A stretch of 64,000 bases of DNA from NCBI GenBank assembly GCA_964016885.1, contig OZ024745.1, positions 39,370,001 to 39,434,000 of the forward strand, given 5' to 3'. Shown here piece after piece: positions 58,316 through 64,000 of this stretch. The translations under genes and the position numbers were made by a program. Below the pieces are notes generated by a model. It ran no database searches and was not told the DNA's origin. It worked only from the letters and a program-made list of their open reading frames with translations. Source of the stretch: Eledone cirrhosa. Taxonomy: Eukaryota. How positions within the stretch are numbered: position 1 is the first letter of the stretch; the number at the start of each line of letters is the position of its first letter.

Positions 58316-59199
58316 CGACAGTCGATCGACTTTCCTCACTTCGTCATCTAGAGCAAATTCAACAATATTCCTAAATCTCTTTGCAGACTCATATCCCGGA
58401 TCTTACCATGGAGCATTAACAAACATAGCCCTTAATAGTTGAAGCATTCCCTCGTTTACCCATTTTTGAACATAAGCTCATCACTCACGATTGCCACTGT
58501 TTTGTTACATTTCCAGTGATCCAAGCCAACCGACATAAGTGTATCAAACATAGAGTAACTTTTCTATTTAAGCTTTTAACATTGCAATGTTGCTATTGAG
58601 GGTACCTCCTGGAAGATGTGATCAAAGACCGTTCACTGCACGACCCTCCCAGGAATAATCGGGCAAAGGATAAGAAAACAATATTATGAATGCAACAAGG
58701 AAATATTTCTTGAATTGACTGAATATTGAAATATATGTTATATCTTAATACATGAATCAATACACTATAAACAAAAACTAATCGCAATAGAAAAATAATC
58801 AGAAAAGCAAATAACGAAAGTAGAGAAAACGACGTAGGGTGCGTCAAAATCTACACCCCAGTTGATGTGGTCACAGCTTCTTTTGCATACAAAATAGTGA
58901 AATCATTGCCTTGTGGAACGGCGAGAACGTGTCCGCAAAGTCTGAATATACGTATAGTAGTAGTTGGAGTAGTCAATGTTTGAGACTATTTTAAACCAAG
59001 CAGACCGACTGATATGAAAATGAATCTGTATATGTGATAGAAAAATAGATGGAAAAATATATGCTAAAAATTAATGGTATTTTTGCGTGTGTGAACATAT
59101 CACTGGAAAACACGCTATTATTTCACTCAATTCTAACTACTGAATAGAAACAGAACAATCAGTTAAGAACGGAGTCGGTGACTATTTGCTATGATACTA

Positions 59200-60050
59200 A
59201 TATAACAACCATCGAATATTTAGTCTTTCTTTCAGGGGGTATATGTTTAGTGAGCATAGCTTATTGACCGACAGTGAAATTCTTAGCAATGGAAAGTTGC
59301 AAAGCCTCTCATGTAGCCTCGACACCTTTACCAGCCAAACCCCTGTAAATTCTTTCCTTGGCAGGCTAAACTTACTGAGAGACTGGGCACTTGCAAGACT
59401 AGAGAACAATACCATCATAAATGTCGATTAACCGGAGGTTAATTATGATGATATTGAAGTGTTTTATGAGAACAGACCGTAAATGGAACATCCACATCAT
59501 CCAATGAGATTTAAATGACGAAGCAGATCTAGGTATATATGACCAATGGGCTGGAACAGTGAGCTGAATTGGGATTGAAAAAACTAACGATCGTGCCCTC
59601 GGACTACTGGAATTTGCTAGAATCCACAAACAGAATGTAGCCACTACACAGTTTCCACAAAAGATTTTACGGCGAACAATATAAACTTCACCTAATAGTA
59701 GGTTCACAACCAAATTAAGTTCATACTCGTACCTCAAAATGTTGAATCCAGCATAAATAAAACTTTCCCTGGTGCTGAAGCCTGTGTTGAGCACACAGCA
59801 AACAACTTTGTCAGCAGCAAATGAAGAAAGAGGCTGGTTTGACAGAAAACATACATTGTAATGATGAATAGACGGAAGATTGTCAACATACATCCTTCAG
59901 GACACAGGTAAGGGAGGAGCGGCAGACAAAGAAATCCTGATATGAAGAAGAATGATTAACGGCAATGGCTGAAAGCATTCAGGGTGACACTTCAGCGATG
60001 GCGGGAACTTGATGAATTGACTAAATATAAACGGTGTCTCCTCAACGAAG
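59200..60050 (+). mobile_element. Possible ancient RTE-like LINE remnant
   Basis: Weak resemblance only (QFPQKILRRTI ~59649; WF..; cf. RTE RT C-terminal F..RCLRRIL..RWFGH). Confidence 0.3.
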
Positions 60051-60404
60051 CATGTAAAAAAATTAGATAATCTGTAATTCATTATTATAGATAGATTTTG
60101 GATGCATTATAAATACGATGAACATTTGCTAACGAACAACACAGCTAACGAATATATCTGAAAAATCAGAAGAATTTAGCATTTCGTCAGGAAATAAATG
60201 CCAGCAAACAAAATACTTCATTTTTCATTCAAGACCTGTGTGACTCGAGCGAAGATGATGAGAAATTCGTCGGAAATTAGATACCTCACTAAGATCCACC
60301 CAACGCAAAATCGTAGCTTTGCAGAAGGCCAAAGATTAAATCCGCATTCTCAAATGTTGCCTCGTCTGAAGCTTTCACAACACAAATCCCTCGTATAGTA
60401 AATT

Positions 60405-60520
60405 ATGTTATCTAGCTCAAGCGGATAGATACAGTAGGATTTGAAATCAATGCGTGGAGAGACAGAATGAGTGCTGCGATGAATTTATTTTTGCGGTCTA
60501 ATGATGCTGATAGTTCGCCA
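60405..60520 (-). mobile_element. Decayed SINE head
   Basis: Minus strand GGCGAACTATCAGCATCATTAG...TTTCAAATCCTAC resembles the SINE A/B boxes. Confidence 0.4.
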
Positions 60521-60703
60521 CATTAAGTCTAAAACAAATCATATCTATTTAGGTGACTCCGATGCTATTGTTAATTCAATAGAGAACTTAGAAAGCCTGC
60601 CCATCAGTTATTTATGTATGTGTTTCTTCACATGCACACACACATCTAGGTGTATATATACACAAACATGCACGCACACATACGCAAACACACATAGACC
60701 CAT

Positions 60704-60750
<47 letters not shown>

Positions 60751-61317
60751 GAGTCAGAGAGAGAGATAGAGAGAGAGAGAGCGAGAAAGAGGGGAAGAGA
60801 GAGGGAGTGACAAAGATGGGCGTACACTTATATAAATATTAATAGGAACATATATGCGGTCACGATATTATATATATATATATATATATATATGACCGTG
60901 TGTGTGCGTATGTCTGTGTGTTTATTTGTACCTTTGTAAGCATGCCAAAGTGTATGTGTTTGAATAAAGTCTACCATATGATATTCTCATACTCATATAT
61001 GCAAATCATCATTTACAACTGCATTCTAATTCAATCAGGTGTGAAATATCTGTAGTCAGTCTATAATAGACTGATTTAATCATTTATCTCCTAAATGCTG
61101 TTTTTGTAAAATATTTACTATTTCATAATGTTCTCTCAGGTTATTTCTTTCAGTACATCAATGTAGTTAGAGCACGACATATATAATTATATTGTTGTAA
61201 TAACGTATGTTCGCGTATGAAAGCCATCAAAAAGTACAAAAATTATATACAGCGTAAGGCATAACATTATATACTTCGTAAGGCACTACTTTTTTTGTAT
61301 GATTTAAAATACGCACG

Positions 61318-61384
<67 letters not shown>

Positions 61385-61503
61385 GTGTGTGTGTGTGTAT
61401 ATATATATGTGTATATATATATGTGTATATATATATAAATATATATATAACTGTGTGTGTGTCTAATATGTATATATATTTGTATATATCAGTATACATA
61501 TTA

Positions 61504-61989
61504 TCTATATATAAAAGTGTGTGTGCGTGTGTGTGCGTGTGTGTGTGTGTTTGTGTGTGTTTGTGTGTGTCTGTGAGTTTGAATCCGATTGTTTTCAAAC
61601 TTTACATGTGTATTACTTATGTTTCAGGGAGTGTTATGCACATAAAATTCAACTTTTTGATCCCTAGGGCACGCATTAGGTGAAAAACATCATATGTTCA
61701 GCTTTTTAGGGCTTTTTTGAAGCGTTACGTCTAGCCGATTTTCCCGAAATTTCAAGGCCTATTATTACATTAAAAAAATTCATTTTCTTCATCCCCTAGG
61801 GCCCGCATTAGGTGGAAACCTGCATTTTCCCTGCTTCATCAAGGATAATGTTAAATATTATCCAGCCATCAGAGTATTCGGTTTATTTTCTTTACATATT
61901 GTCCAGGCATGCAGTTTTCCACGATTAGGTCTGTTGGCGGCCCGCGTTCTAAAATGCCTTATCCCGTGCAACGCCAGGTACCACTGCTA

Positions 61990-61990
<1 letters not shown>
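61504..61990 (+). mobile_element. Non-autonomous Helitron
   Basis: 5' A|TCTATATATAAAA, internal (GT)n, 3' CCCGTGCAACGCCAGG (decayed subterminal hairpin) followed by CTAG|T. Inserted between A and T with no TSD. Confidence 0.72.
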
Positions 61991-62025
<35 letters not shown>

Positions 62026-62053
62026 GTGAATTTATATATAGATATAGATAGAT

Positions 62054-62106
<53 letters not shown>

Positions 62107-62718
62107 GACAGAGAGAGACAGTGCTAGATGGATATTAATCGTAATCGCGCGGTAATCGAACTCACTCCACTTATTGTCTGGATAAGCGTTTTACACCAAT
62201 TACATCAACATGCCTACCCGGTTTTTCTCCGTTTGTATTCTAGACCAGACATACTGTATAGATATATACCGCTATTAGATTACTGATTTTAAATTTAAGG
62301 CAGATAATTCGGAGGTGTAATCATTCTAGAATCATTTTTCCGACAATAAGAGCTGAGTGTTCGATTTCGTTTCCCATATGGCTATTAATATGCCTTGTTA
62401 TTATACGATTCTATGTTATTTATATACGATGGAAGCGTATGATTCTTTTTTCAAACATCGCTCTACCTTAAAACAAATATTCTTATTTACATTTATACAG
62501 ATATTAAACATTCGCTTCTAAATTTAACGAAGGAAGATTGAATGGGCAGCTCCACATAAACGATCTAGTTCTCTTATCAATACTCGTTGTGGGTTCAATT
62601 TCCCTGCTTCGGTTATTCATCTGATTTCCGTTGCCAAATTACCGTGAAAGCTTCCACTTATATTCTCAAATGTTCAAAACTTTGTTCCTAAGCATGTTTA
62701 CTTACTTACATACACACG

Positions 62719-62820
<102 letters not shown>

Positions 62821-63374
62821 ATGTGAGATGGAGATAGATAAGAACAAAAAATGAAGCAAGAAAAATATGTGCGGTCATGCAGCGTTAAAACGCCCGAATG
62901 TCCAACATGTATCCATGTTTAATTCTAAGAGCTTTCGGAATTACTTAAACTGTTTGTGTAAACAGACATTTTCTTCTAAATATTTTAATATATAATGTAA
63001 ATAGAAGCCTTCAACGGAATAGGAGTAAGAGATTTTTTTTCGAGCAGTTTTCTATTTACGTTATTTTTTCATGTTCATTGCCATTGTTATTATTAATTTT
63101 GTTTTTATTATTAGTACTAATCTTATCAATGTTATTGATTTTGTATTTGCATGTGAGCAATTTCTCATGAACTATTTATCATTGCAACACTCTAGTGTGT
63201 AGGGCAGGTTAATGTCACTAATATATAAAGTAGATAATGCGGCACAATCAAATATTCATCACTAGTAATAACATGTGTGTGGCGATCAACAAGCTCCTAA
63301 ACAAATTAGGATAAACAAACAATACAACTTTGATGTCCAGTACACACTTATTGAATTGGGTATATATATAAATA

Positions 63375-63412
<38 letters not shown>

Positions 63413-64000
63413 GAACAAATAGTTAAATATAAGATACCAAATGCTGCACGTTCTTTAGAAAATAACAATACCATCACGCGTTTTAGGGTCAAAGGAAACT
63501 ATACTATACACACAGTCCCATATACATAAAGTTTATATATACATATATTTAAACATCTTTGTCTCCTGTGTGTTTGTATGTGCGCACGTATTTGTGTGCG
63601 TCCATACATATGTATTTAATGAGTACGCTTCGAACACCTGTGAAAACGAAACCATTCCAGTCGCAAACGCCCCGAGCAAGACTTTTCTATGAGAAGTGAC
63701 ACAAGTATTTGAGAGGGAGAAGTAAGCCGATGGTGTTCATATGGGTGAGGGGAAATAAGTTTTACTATCATGATAAGTCAACAGTTTGCCACTTAAGTAG
63801 AAGTCATACAGGAAACACAAGCATCACTACCGAATAATAATTGATCGGGCTGTGTGGGGAATTGCTCTCTGACTTACGGAAATCTTGGAACTAAACGACA
63901 CATAGTCTCGTTGGACTGACTGGGGAATGCTTTGCCCAGGAGGATAGTGAAAGAAATGGATTGAAATAGCCATTCCAACTCCTGTTGCTCACTCTTGCAT

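Noticed and set aside
58320-58354. Minus-strand CTAGATGA..GAA-AGTCGATCGACT as an HHR
   Set aside because: Insertion in the core, no stem II, G at the cleavage position and no stem I.

Overview
AT-rich metazoan genomic DNA with no recognisable host gene. It is probably from a coleoid cephalopod (octopus-like); this is inferred from the SINE type, the huge (TA)n tracts and the retroelement mix. Almost all ORF-track entries are (TA)n/(CA)n artefacts. The real coding remnants are all decayed retroelements: CR1 (-), L1/Tx1, a cluster of R4/Dong-like RLE LINEs sitting in (TAA)n, RTE remnants and several Penelope-like elements (PLEs) with inverted terminal arms, one of them Naiad-like. There are also about 8 tRNA-derived SINEs and a small non-autonomous Helitron. 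The main hidden signal, found by eye on both strands, is about 16 type I hammerhead ribozyme (HHR) motifs from about 9-10 unrelated sequence families. Many lie in ORF-less fold-back palindromes or inverted repeats inserted into (TA)n, and several have non-canonical 10.1-11.1 pairs or very long stem II insertions. HHRs in PLE pseudo-LTRs are known. The density, the diversity, the ORF-less palindromic two-ribozyme elements and the half-ribozyme fold-backs deserve testing. All base pairings were read manually and no activity has been shown.
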